NCBI GenBank assembly: GCA_026936335.1
Contig: JAPMXV010000062.1
Location: 186,001-250,000, forward strand
Source: Mantamonas sphyraenae STR306
Lineage: Eukaryota > Protista > CRuMs
Length of the DNA: 64,000 nucleotides
Direction of reading: 5' to 3'
Shown here: piece by piece, positions 23,892 through 35,193 of the stretch
How the letters are laid out: every line of letters starts with the position of its first letter
How positions within the stretch are numbered: the stretch's first letter is position 1
The notes under the pieces: generated by a model
The model's input: the letters and a program-made list of their open reading frames with translations, nothing else
Databases searched by the model: none
What the model was told of the DNA's origin: nothing
Made by a program: the position numbers and the translations under genes

Positions 23892-24369
23892 TGCGATCGA
23901 GAATAATTGGCCAGCAAAGCGTATACACCGTGTGAGGTTGCATGTGTGGATTCGGCTTTGCGACCTTGAAGCGACGGCGTGTTTCGCCCTCCTTCAATAC
24001 CATGCACTCCCTCCATGCACTCATCCACTAGCCCCCACTCGCCCCAACTCTGCCAACAACACAAGCAATTTGACGTTGACGACAAAGACGGAGGATCGGT
24101 GAGCGTGCATTCTCTGCGCTGCCATCGCTCTCCCCTCCACCCTTCACGCGCGTGGTGGTGTTGACTGCTCCGCCACGGCACGCCATTCTCTCTGTTGCGG
24201 TCCCAGCATGTGCGCACCATGATCGTTTCAGCTTGCTGTTTTTTGCGGTGTCGACGGGCGCGCCGCAGGCTTCCATCCGTGTGGATGTCGCCGCGGCTGC
24301 CGCCTTACGTCGTCCCATCAAAATCACAAGCCACCCCGCTTAGTCATGGTGCGCACCCCCGGCTGGGCC

Positions 24370-26012
24370 TCAGATAAAGTCCTCCTCGTCGCTCCACGCG
24401 TCGTCGTCGTCCTCGCTGTCGTAGTTCAGCGCCGACATATCCACGCGGTAGCGCAGGATGCCACCGATGCCGCCAAAGCCGCGCACAAACTGCGAGCCTT
24501 CCTGCGATCGGTTCGTGACAAACTCCAGACTGGCGCCAAAGTTCTTGTAGTTGTTGGCCAGCCACTCCAGCACCTCGGTCTTGTCCACAATGTCCAGATC
24601 GACGCCGTTCTTGTTGGTGAAGTTGGTCATGTCCTCCTCCTGCTTGGGCGTGAGGAACTTCTCCACCTCGCGGTCCTCCTCCGGGTCGCGGAACACGTAG
24701 CGGTTCATCTCCAGGCCCTCCCAGGCAATCACTGTTTCGCACGCACCCATTTCCATGGCTCGGATGGTGTCGTCGATGCCGAAGCAGTACCTGCCCGTGT
24801 CCTGCGAGATCTCGTCAAAGTAAGACTGGATCAGCTTCTTCTCCTTGATGAACTTGACGTTGGCCAGCGACTCTGCGGCCAGGTCGATGGCCTGGTTGAA
24901 GCCGTTCTCGCCGCCGTACGACGTGTCGATTGTCTTGATGACAATGTCCTTGAGACGACCGTCAAACATGTCGGAGCCGTACAGCACGTCCTTAAAGTCG
25001 GCGCTACCGGCCAGGATCAGGCCGTTCACGTTGGGCTTGTCGTTCTCGATAAAGTTCTTCACGCAGTGCTCAGCCACCTTGCGCACGTAGTTGTGACGCT
25101 TCTCCTCACGCAGACGCGCAAAACGCACAGCCGACTGACCACCGCGGCCGTGCTTCTTGGGCAGCTCCACGGTGAACTTTTGCAGCACCGTGCGCGTGTT
25201 GCCCGACAGCGTGCCAAACAGACATCCGTTACCGTCCATGATCACAAAGCCAAATGTAGAGTCGCTGGTCAGCAAATCCTGCAGGGCCTCCGTGTGGAAG
25301 CGGTTGTCGCACAGGTACAGCGACGTCGACACGGGCTTGAACGGCTCAAAGTCAATGTTCACCATTTTCTCCTTGCCCTCCTCCGTGATGATTGTACCAC
25401 AGTAGATCACCAGGCCGTTGTCCGGCACAAAGTTGTACAGCTTCAGCTTCGACTGCACCGACGTAATCGCAGACAGCACCGACTGGCGGTTCACGCGGCT
25501 CTTGATGTTCGACGCCGTGCCGTACTCGTCCGTCAGCATCTTGCTCACACGCGACACCTGTTCCTTCGGCGGCACAATCAGCGAGATCATCGACGTGCCG
25601 TTGCTGTGGGTGGTGTGTGCGGCAGCCACACCATGTGCACACACACGCCGTGTGTCCGTTCGTGTGCCAGGCGAAACCGGGAACATGCGCCGTCAGCAAA
25701 TGCACGCCCCATTTTTCCGTGAAAACCCTGTTCCCAGGAAGGCACCTCTTCCCACTGGGCCACGTGGTCGGGCGCATGCCACATGCACGCCAGTCGCACA
25801 TGCCCGGGTGTGTTTGACATCGCCCCAGTGTCCACGTCCTGCCCACCACGCGCCCAGGGCGCCTCCCACCATTGCAAGCGTCCCCTGAAAAAGCAACCGG
25901 CGCAGCACACTTACCCTCGTGCGGCCTCCAGGCTTCGGATCAGCTTCTTCACCTTGAACTGCTCGATGTTTTGTTCCTCTTCCGACTTTTCACTGCTCCC
26001 CTTTGAACTCAT
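24370..26012 (-). CDS. ETF1: Eukaryotic peptide chain release factor 1; exons 26012-25915 and 25603-24370 (443 aa)
   Basis: ARG|[38 protein letters not shown]. Confidence 0.98.
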
Positions 26013-26074
26013 GGTTGGGTTTCTGGGTGGTGTTTTTTGTTTCTTCCCTCCGCGCACACATCCTCACCATCGTT

Positions 26075-29000
26075 TTATCGTCTGCCACCGGACTTGCTCA
26101 GTGCCAATCCTGCCGCAAATCCCCTGCGACCGCGTCCGACTGCGTTGAGATACGTGGCTATCACAGGCAACGTGACTTTGCCAATCTCGTCGTCCTCCGA
26201 CGCCGATCCACGTCCACCCACAAGCACGCCACCCTGCGACTGCGCCAGCTCGCTGCGTTCCACTGTTCGCATGGCATTCTCAATGATTTGGCCCACCACC
26301 GAGCGTTTTCCGCGCCCGCGTCCGCGTCCGCGTCCGCGTCCATGTGCACCACGTCGTTGCTGCTGCTGCGTCTGCTGCTGTTGTGCCTGACCTTGTTCTT
26401 CGTGCTCCTCGGAATCATCCTCCACGGGCTGTGGTTCGTGCAAGCTCTCCACGTACATGCCCCGGTCGCTGCCAGCGTTGGCAGGGACGGCTGTGCGATC
26501 GGCTGCGGTGGCGTCCATACGACGTCGTCGCTGCCGCATGGCGTTGGCGCTGGCTGCAAACATTTGCGGTCCAAACTCCTGCCACCCTGCGGCGTCGGAG
26601 CGTTCTTCGTGCACCTCCACCCCCCTGGGATTGCTGGGATACTCCTCGCGTAGGATCTTGCGGATGTCCGACTCCACACGCTGCGTTTCTTCCGGCGCCT
26701 CCACACGCTCTCGCACCTCCATGTACCGCTCCTTGCGCTGCCGTGCGCCCGGTCCTGCCACAGGCGGAACCATCGGCCTGCCGTCCTGGAACAGATGCAA
26801 CTGATGGCCGCTTGCGTTTGCCTCCGCTTCCCTTGCGTGCTCCCTCTCCAAAGCCTCCAGCTGCTCCCTCTGTTCCCGTTCCACCTGCACGTCCACCTCT
26901 CCCACATCCCAGTCCTCCACCTTGCGGATCACACTGTGTCGCTGGCCCGTCACCAGCACCACTTCCCCTTCCACCTCCTGCTCACGCGTGCCCCTGCTGC
27001 TGAGCTGTCTCTTGCCTCCTCGCTTGCCCTTGGCCGACCGTGAACGTGACCGCGACCGCGACCGTGACCGTGAACGCGACTGTGACTGCGACGACCGCGG
27101 TCTCGGGCGCCGGTTGCCCACCATCAATCCATCGTCCTCGTCCAGCACCCCCCACGTCGATGCGCCCCCTCCCTGCACCTGAAACTGTGGATGTCCACCA
27201 AAGCTGCCCTGTGCGCTGTCATGTGTCCCGTCCTCCACGTATCCGTGCCACTCTCCGCCCCCGCCTTCCGCACTCTCTGCCACCATGCCTCGTCCATGCA
27301 CAGGGTCTCCGTGGCGGTATGCTTTCTGTTGGCCTCGATCAGGAGTCCGTGGTGGTTTCCCTCCTCCACTCGTCCCTGCCTGCTGCTGCTGCTGCTGCGC
27401 CGATGTCGTCGGTGAGCTGCCACGCACGCCCGCAGGCGGTTTAGGCGCCACCAATTGCGACCCATCCAACGCAAGCCCGTCCTGTGTGTGTGCTTGCGCC
27501 CCCGTGGACGTTCCCCTTCGGCTGCTCGTCACACTCGGCGTGCTCCCGGGCCGTCGTACCTCGCTCGGCTCGTCGTCTTCAAACCTCACCCTCGACTTGG
27601 GCCGTCCCGTCGTCGACGACGCTGCTGATCCGCCCCGCTTGCTGCTGTTGCCTGAGCCTGTGCCCGTGTCTGCCCCGCCGTCTCCGTCGCTGTGTCCACT
27701 GTGCATCGTGTACCGCGAATGAACACTCTCTGCATCGTCGTCCATCTCCACGTCCTCCTCCTCGTCCCCGTGTCCATCGCCTGCGCCTGCAAAGCGTCGT
27801 GTGAATGCCGTTTGCCCCTGTGCTGCCTCTGCTTCCTGTGCTGCTGCCTGCTGCTGTGCCCCGCTTGTCTGTCGTCGCAGCCGCTGCAACGCTTCGGGTT
27901 CCTCCCCCTCCCGCGCCTGTGTTGGCGTGCGTCGTGCCGGATCCATAAAGCCCTGGTTGCGTGCATACGCCCTCAGTTGCTGCAACGCCTCTTCGCCGTA
28001 CTGCTCCTCAAAGGTCGCCTCGTCCTCCAGCAGCAGCCGCAACTGCTCCTCCTCCGTCATCCGATCCATCGCCTCCAACCTTCCTTCTCCCAACGCTTCC
28101 TGCCACGACGGTGACACAGGCGACCCTGCAGACGATGCACTTGCCACTCGGCCTCCCTGCGGCAGCGCCGGCTCACGTGCGACCAGGTACGCCGCATACT
28201 TTTGGCTGAACGATGGTCCATCTTTGCCCTTGCGCGACGGACCCATGATTTCACGCAGTCGGCTCGCTTGCGACCGCGTCATGTCCGACGAGCGCCTGCC
28301 AGCCGAGCGAGCACGCGACTTGGGCCGCACCGACCCTCCTCCCGAGCTGTGGCTGCTCCCTTGGCTGGTGGAGCTGGCTCGGCTTGCTGCGCGCGCGCAG
28401 CACGTGCCGCATCCTGCTCTTCCACCTGCGAGCGTCGCTTCTCCGAGTACGACGACAATCGGCTGCTGGCACGGCTGGGCACTCGTCCACGTCCACTGTA
28501 GGGACTCACCGAACGGCCCTGCACGCCGTCTTCCATGGTGCTTTCCCGTGGCTGTCCTTCCTCCGGCACGTCTGCCAGCTCGTGGCCATGTTCGTTGTAT
28601 GTGGAAATCCTCGGTCCTCCGGCATCATACTGCTGCGCTTCCTCGCTGCCGTGCATGTGCTGCTGTCGAGCACTGTGGGCACTCCCTGCGCTGCTCATGC
28701 GACTTGCTGCACGACGCATCTCCTGCTCCCCGCCGCTGTTCCTCTGCTCGCGAATCTCTCGCATGGCTGCCTTTGTCCCTGCGCTCATCCGCTTGTCCGG
28801 ATTGTGGAACCGTGGCGAGTCCACCAACCCGTTTCCTTCTCGTTGGCCTTGCTCATGCTGCTCCTGCTGCTCTTGCTGCTGCTGAAGCAGCTGTTGCTTC
28901 TTGCGCTCGTATGCCGCAGCGGAAAAGAAGCGCTGCTGCGATTTCGTGCGCACGTGGCCCACCGTCGGCCCTAGATCAGGCAACGAGGTGGCCCCTGCCA

Positions 29001-32000
29001 GGATCCGCTCGCGTGCCTCATCCACCTCGTCCTCAGTCACATCCTCGCTCGGGGCATCCCCGATGCGCCTTGCCAGCGACGATGTCAGATCGCTCTTGCT
29101 GCGGATGCCCGCGTGCAGCTTGTCCACAGACGACAGCGATCGTTCCAGCAATTTCGACAGCCGCATCGCTTCACCTGCCACTCGCAGCAGCAAACGGTAG
29201 CCGTAGTCCAGCTCCTCGTCCAGATCAGCAACCTGCATCACCGAACGCCGGTCGTAGTCTGCATCACGAGCCATGCGCTCCAACTGAACGTGCACACGCA
29301 GCAGCTCCTTCTTCAGCGTGTCCCCCTGCGCCTGCACTTCCTTGATTTGGTTCTTTTGCCGCGAAATCGTCGCATAGTCTTCGTTCCGCTGACGCAGCAC
29401 TGCCGTCACACTGTTCAGCGAGTTGAACTTGGCCGTCGCCCACACATTGCGCACCTTTTCACCAGCCTCCGTTTCCGCTTTGACATCGGCTGCTGCTCCG
29501 CCGCCGCCGCCGCCGCTGCTGCTGCTGCTGCTCGCCACGTTGCGTCCCTTGCCCGTGTTGCTGCTTTCCTCTCCTGTCTCTTCGCTGCTGCTCTCTCCCT
29601 CCTGCGCCTTTTGCTCCGCCAGCCATTGCAGCTGTTCCAGCAAACTCTGGTGCTTGCTCGACGTCCCGCCACTCTGTACACCCTCTCTGGTCTCCTTTGC
29701 CTTGCCTTTGCCTTTACCCCGCCCTTGCTCTTGCTTCCCTCCTCCTCTTCCTCCTCCGCCTGCAGATCTTCGTGCACGGCCGCCTCACGTTCCTCCAGGC
29801 TGACCCCCATCACTGTGCTCAGCCGGTCGCTCAGCATTTCCATAAACATGTGTGCCGCCTGGTTGCGCGTGCTCTCCTTTTCCAACTCGTGCACAATCAA
29901 CCGCACCGCCTCCTTGCCCGCTCCGTCGTCGGGCAGTTGCGCAACGAGTGACAAGACGTCGTGTGCAATCTCGTACCCAATCCCACGTTCCGAGGCAATC
30001 GACTGCTCTGCGCTCGCCACCTGCTTGTTCAACAGCATGCTCTTCTGCTGCACCTCCTCCACTCCCTGTCGCAGCCGCTGCTGCTCCTCCACCAGGCTGT
30101 TTACAATGCGCGAGTCGCTCGCCGTACCTCCGCCCAAATCCACGCTGTCCTCGCTTGCCATGCTCATGGCACTGTCCGGACGCTCCAGTTCATCCGACGA
30201 GCCCATTGAGCCCGTGGAGATGAGTCCCCGTCGCTGGTGACGCTTGTTGCGCCGCTTTCGTCGCTTGGCCATCAGCCGCTTCTGCACATTCGTCGCCGAT
30301 GAGTTGACCGTGCCCAAATCCCCCTGCAGTGCAATCAACATGGCTTTGAGCTCTTCGTTGCGCGTGCGCAGCGACGACACTTCTTCTTCAATGCGCCTAG
30401 TGAGGCGCCCCTGAGTCGACGCCGTCTTGAGAGGCAGAAAATGCCTCTGCGACAGCAACTCGGGCATGACCTGATACAGTCGCTCCTTTCCTTCGATCCC
30501 TTTGAGCGCATACTCGCCCAACGATGTCATGATGATGTTGTACTTGTCCAACAGCGGGTGTCTGCGCGCTCGTTCGATTGCCTTGAACACCGAATGCGAG
30601 ACTACCACCTGCCCACCGTCGGCTGAGCCCTCCACACGCGCCGCCTTGTTCACCATCGGCCCAAAGTAGTCCATGCGCTCTGTGATGGGATCCTCTGCGC
30701 ACGTGGGCCTGCCCGAGTGCACCCCGATGCGCACTCGCAACCCGCGCCAGTGCTCAAACCCGTCTGCGTTGCGCTCCACCATCGACGCCGGATTGTTGTA
30801 CAGCAGCGGCGGCCACTTTTGCTCCAGCAGCTGGATTTGGGTGTCCATCGCAAATGCCACTGCCTCCACAGGGTCGGAAAACGCAACCATGAACGCATCG
30901 CCCTCGGTTTTCACCTCGTACCCGTTGAACTTTTGGATCCCGTCGCGCATCACGTCGTTGTGGATCGACAGTGCCATCGCCATCGTCGCACTGTCCGCGT
31001 CCCACTGTTCCGTGCTTCCTTTCACGTCTGTAAACACCATGGTCACATTGCCCGTTGGCGGATCTCGCGAGTCTCGCAGGTGACTCGTGTCCAGCGCCTG
31101 TAGGTCCACCAGCCGCATTGCCATCTCCCTGTTCTTGGCCATGCTGTGTGATGTCGTGTTTCCATTGCATGCATGCGACGTCACCGCGTGTGTGCGTGTG
31201 TCGTTGCACCCGTCGTCTGTGCGTCAGTGTTTCGGCCTGTTGACCGTTGCACCGCTTGCGCTCTTCACCGGCCCCACCCTCTCCAACGCGCCCTCCACAC
31301 ACACACGCACACACATGCACAAGGACCCTATCACCCATGCACACCTGTCTTGCAACGCGTGCCTGCACAAACCACCATGCTGGGACAACAAACACATTGT
31401 CACGGCTTGCCGACTCACCTGAACTCCAGCTGCGCTTCCAGCTCGCTCACTTGTGCCAGAAGGGCCTGCGTGTCGCGTTTGGCAAGCACAATCTCCTCGT
31501 CGGCGTTGGTTGGTCTGTTCTCCGCCTGGTTAATCAGGAGCATGATCTGAGACTCCTTGGAGCGCTTCTCCAGCTCCAGCACGTCGCGCTGGATCTGCTC
31601 CGTGCGCAGCCTCTCCTCCAACCAGGACACCTTTGAGCGCAGTGCCACGTTCTCCTGGGCCACCAACCCCACACGGTGGTCCCTGTGCATGCCACTGCTC
31701 GTGTTTGGCCGCACTCCGCCCTCGCTGCCCTCCTCGCCCTCGTCAGCCTCGTTCCTTATGCCGGCCGTCTCGTTCAGCAGCCGCAGACGCTCGTTCTCGT
31801 CACGTGTGTCGTCCAGAAGCTCCCTGCACAGGTGCAACTCCTCCTCCAGCCGTTGTTTCTCCATAAACAGCTTGCGCAACAGCGGGTTCTGGATGAGAGG
31901 CAGCCCGGCGTCGGGGATGCCTTCGCCGTACACCAGCGAGCCCACAGCCGATGGCCCGTTGGCCCCTGCGCCACTCCCTGTGCTGCTGGACGTCGCCAAC

Positions 32001-32062
32001 CCGGGCAGGTCTGAGTCACTGTTCTCAGGGTTGAGATACAGCACAGCTGTGCGAGTGTGCAT
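26075..32062 (-). CDS. Large soluble class III adenylate cyclase (fungal/trypanosome-type catalytic domain) with coiled coils and low-complexity C-terminus; intron 31418-31144; two apparent frameshifts (~29718, ~28393)
   Basis: PPTGNVTMVFTDVKGST..W, GYEVKTEGDAFMVAF, GLRVRIGVH, RMDYFGPMVNKAARV; downstream ORFs continue after single slips at simple repeats. The single-gene model is an inference. Confidence 0.75.
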
Positions 32063-32120
32063 GGTTGTTTGGAGCCGAGTGCGCCGTCGCGTCCATCCAT
32101 TAACACACACACCCACCGCA

Positions 32121-33690
32121 ATGGCTGAGCAGACACAGGATATGGATGAGGCCACGGCAGAGCTCATCTGGAAACTCACTCAAGAGGACCAGGCACGCAT
32201 GGCGCGACAGTACGGCGAGGCAGACGAGGATGACGAGGACGGGGGAGGCTGGATCACAGTCGGAAGCGGCAACAAGGGCAACAGGGGCCAAGGCGACAGT
32301 GGTGACAGGGGCACAGGCGGTGGTGTGCACCACGTGGCAGACGAGCACAACGAGCTCGTGCCAGGGCTGACTGCAGCGAGCAAGAAGAAGAGCAAGAAGA
32401 AGAAGAAGAAGAAGAACAAGCGGCCGGCAGAGGGCAACGGAGGCCTTTACATCGCTCTGACGGGCAGCAAACAGGTTGTGTCATTGGACGAACGAGGCAG
32501 CGGAAGTGGCGGAGAGCAAAGTCCCAATAGGCGCGAGGAGGACGAGGAAGAGGACGGGACGGAAGGCATGCCCGTGGCTGGCAACAAACGGCTTTGCGTT
32601 TCTCAACGAACACCAGGCGCAGATGCGCAGCAAGCGTGCAAAGCAGCAGGCGAGGGAGCGTGCAGAGAAGGAAGCTCGCAGGAAACGAGAGGCCAACCGC
32701 AAGAAGCAGAAAGAGCAATCGGACCTGCTGGCAGCCATGAAGCCCAGCGGCAGCAAGAAGAAAGGCGGAGGTGGAGGCAACGCAGGAGGGTTTTCCCTTC
32801 CCTATGGTTACGTGGACATCATCGGGGACGAGACAGGCCCCAGTGGCATGGAGAAGGAGGACGACGAGGAAGCGCACGTGTTTGGGCAGCCCGTGTTGGA
32901 AGAGCACGTGGAGGTGGACGAGTTTGCCGGACAGGGGAACATGTTTGATCAGCTGGAAGTCCACGAGGCGATGAAGAAGGAGAAGCGTCGTCAAGAGGAG
33001 GAGAGGCGCAAGAAGGAGAAGCAGGCACGGCAACAGGCCGAGCAGCAGCGTAGGAAGCAGCGCGAGTCTGATGATCTCCTGTCGGCCATGCAGCCCAAGA
33101 AGAGCAAAGGAGGAGGAAAGAAGAAGAAGAAACAGGGAAAGAAGCAGGGAAAGAACCCACAGACGGGTATGAGCGCACACGACGAGCTCTTTGGCACCCG
33201 TTCGAGCGACCACGAGCCTCGCACACTTTTTGTGGAGATGCCTTCCGGTAGCCAGGGTGGCATTGGTGGAGATGTGGACGATGGCGAGGAGCATGTGTAC
33301 GGCAATCCCGTGCTGGAGCGCAAAGTGGACGTCGATGAATTTGCGGCTGCGGATTCGGGAAACCCGTTTGATCAGCTGGAAGTCCACGAGGCGATGAAGA
33401 AGGAGAAGCGTCGTCAGGAGGAGGAGAAGCGCAAGAAGGAGAAGCAGGCACGGCAACAGGCCGAACAGCAGCGGAGGAAGCAGCGCGAGTCTGATGATCT
33501 CCTGTCAGCCATGCAGCCCAAAAAGAGCAAAGGAGGCGGAAAGAAGAAGAAGAAGAAACAGGGAAAGAAGCAGGGGACGAAACAAACGCAGGAGCAGCAG
33601 CAACAGGACAGCAACGAGGCGCAGGGGACAACCGTCACGACCTCCTCCTCCTCCTCCTCCTTGCTTGCAACACCACCTGGATTCCAGTGA
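32121..33690 (+). CDS. Uncharacterised charged, Lys-rich repeat protein (apparent frameshift at ~32586)
   Basis: Removing one A at 32586-32588 joins two ORFs; contains 3 related units, two of them near-identical. Confidence 0.65.
32860..33575 (+). repeat. Intragenic direct repeat, period ~423 nt
   Basis: tttgatcagctggaagtccacgaggcgatgaagaaggagaagcgtcgtca...gagtctgatgatctcctgtc at ~32944 and ~33367. Confidence 0.9.
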
Positions 33691-33744
33691 CTGGCTAATG
33701 AAGCGAGCAGTCCCTTTCATTTCATTTCATGCATTGAAACAAGG

Positions 33745-35028
33745 CTACTCCAGGGCAGAGAGAAGATCCTCGCCGCCCAGATCCTCTGCAGCGGCTGCAA
33801 TGGCCTGCTCGACGCGATACAACAGCTTGCGGGCGTCCGAGTTGTCCGAATCTTGAAGCAAGAGCTCGCGCAAGTCCTGCTGTGCTTTTTCATACTCCTC
33901 CAGCTCAAAGTTGGCCCGTGCGCGTCTGTACAGGGCCTTGACACTCGTGCGATCAAGGAGAAGCGCCTTGGTGGCCCACTCCTGGGCATCCTCCCACTCT
34001 TTGCGCTGCACCATGCACGCAGTCATGTTTAGAAGGACCTTGAGGCGCATGTCCATGGCGGCTTCGTGCGTCGTCTCGCGTTTGTGGCCGTGAAGAAAGT
34101 CCAGGCACTGGTGGTATCTCGCCAGCGCGAGCTCCCACTTTCCACGCTTGTAGAGACCGTTGCCTGCCTGTCGCACATGCTCCGCTTCTTCCAGCTTCTC
34201 TTGCGCATCCTTGCACTCGTAGGGACGCACCGCATGATAGATGTCCAAAACGCGGACATCAAACTCGAGTGTGGCTCGCAAATCGACCCCCTCGGGAGCA
34301 TCGATACCCGTGCCCAAGTATCCATGGTCGGCCTCCACCCGAATCAGCGACCGTTCGCCATTCTCCAAGTATTGCAAGGCAGATTCCAGGCCCGGTACGA
34401 CCTGGCCCTCGCCCAGCTCAACCACGAGTTCCGACTCCTCCAGAAACACGGTGCCGTCGGCAGCGCCCACCACCTCGATCAACAAGGTGGCAAAGGCGCC
34501 GGCTTGGGTCTTGGGCTTGCCTGGCTCAATCGTACGCCGTGTCACGGCGCCGTCGGCCGTCACCGTCTGCTCGAATTCAAAGCCCGTCAGCTTGACCACA
34601 AAGTGCACGCTTTCGCCAGGGCCCACGTCGTCGCCCAGTCCTTCGTCGCCATACGCTTGTTCGGGCGCAAAGGTGAACCGGGCCATCTCGTCCAGCCGCA
34701 TGCTCGCTAGGGCTGTGTTCATGCCGGGGACCATCGTCTCGTCGCCCAAGTCAAACCTCACCTCTCCTCGCTCCTTGCTGCTCTCAAACACGACGCCGTC
34801 CAAAGTGGACGCCTCATACTCAAAACACACCTCCAGGCCAACGCAGGGCTTCTTCCATCCACGGCCAAGCTCCAGCACCTGCTTTGTGATTCCCGGAGCA
34901 AGCTGCTCGACCTTGTGTACAGATGCGCCTACCTCGGCGCCGGCGTTGCTTTGTTTGTCCTCTTGTGCTTCCACACTCACTTCTTCCACGTCTTCCACAA
35001 AGGAGGAGGAGGCAAGAGTGGAGCTCAT
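33745..35028 (-). CDS. FKBP-type PPIase with TPR domain (FKBP4/5/62-like immunophilin)
   Basis: Two FKBP-like domains (GITKQVLELG.GW.KP, F.LG...VPG...A...M, PEQAYG) followed by TPRs (GNGLYK, LNMTAC, KALYRRARA). Confidence 0.88.
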   Translation of the reverse strand: MSSTLASSSFVEDVEEVSVEAQEDKQSNAGAEVGASVHKVEQLAPGITKQVLELGRGWKKPCVGLEVCFEYEASTLDGVVFESSKERGEVRFDLGDETMVPGMNTALASMRLDEMARFTFAPEQAYGDEGLGDDVGPGESVHFVVKLTGFEFEQTVTADGAVTRRTIEPGKPKTQAGAFATLLIEVVGAADGTVFLEESELVVELGEGQVVPGLESALQYLENGERSLIRVEADHGYLGTGIDAPEGVDLRATLEFDVRVLDIYHAVRPYECKDAQEKLEEAEHVRQAGNGLYKRGKWELALARYHQCLDFLHGHKRETTHEAAMDMRLKVLLNMTACMVQRKEWEDAQEWATKALLLDRTSVKALYRRARANFELEEYEKAQQDLRELLLQDSDNSDARKLLYRVEQAIAAAAEDLGGEDLLSALE

Positions 35029-35193
35029 GGTGATGCGAAAGTGGCAGCTGAGTTTTTGTTTGTGGCCAAATCGCGCACGCACACTCACGATCATACCTTC
35101 CTCTTGTCTGTTGCTCCTTCGTCTCCATCTCTCTGTCTCTGTCTCTGTCTCTTTGTGATTCCTCTCTGTTTCAGCGCTCTCTCCAGGCACGTT

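Larger units (their letters stand above)
19898..23965. repeat. Right arm of ~4.05-kb inverted duplication (partner 10781-14846)
   Basis: Same genes as the left arm in opposite orientation, with scattered SNPs and small indels. Confidence 0.97.

Noticed and set aside
10781-23965. Giant TIR/foldback transposon or Polinton
   Set aside because: No transposase, integrase or polymerase; no target-site duplication at the outer ends; contents are ordinary host genes
23966-24369. Small ORFs between tRNA-Gln and the eRF1 3' end
   Set aside because: No recognisable motifs or convincing splice structure; probably eRF1 3'UTR or intergenic DNA
24340-24372. eRF1 autoregulation by stop-codon readthrough
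   Set aside because: Stop context TGA-G is not a known leaky context; the extension would be only 9 codons; no other support
10855-26012. Three tRNA-Gln genes next to eRF1 as a sign of UAA/UAG-to-Gln reassignment
   Set aside because: Anticodons are standard CTG/TTG; eRF1 has canonical GTS, TASNIKS and YxCxxxF; TAA, TAG and TGA all end conserved genes (IFT74 TAA, HAUS5 TAG, eRF1 TGA); I saw no in-frame stops in conserved domains
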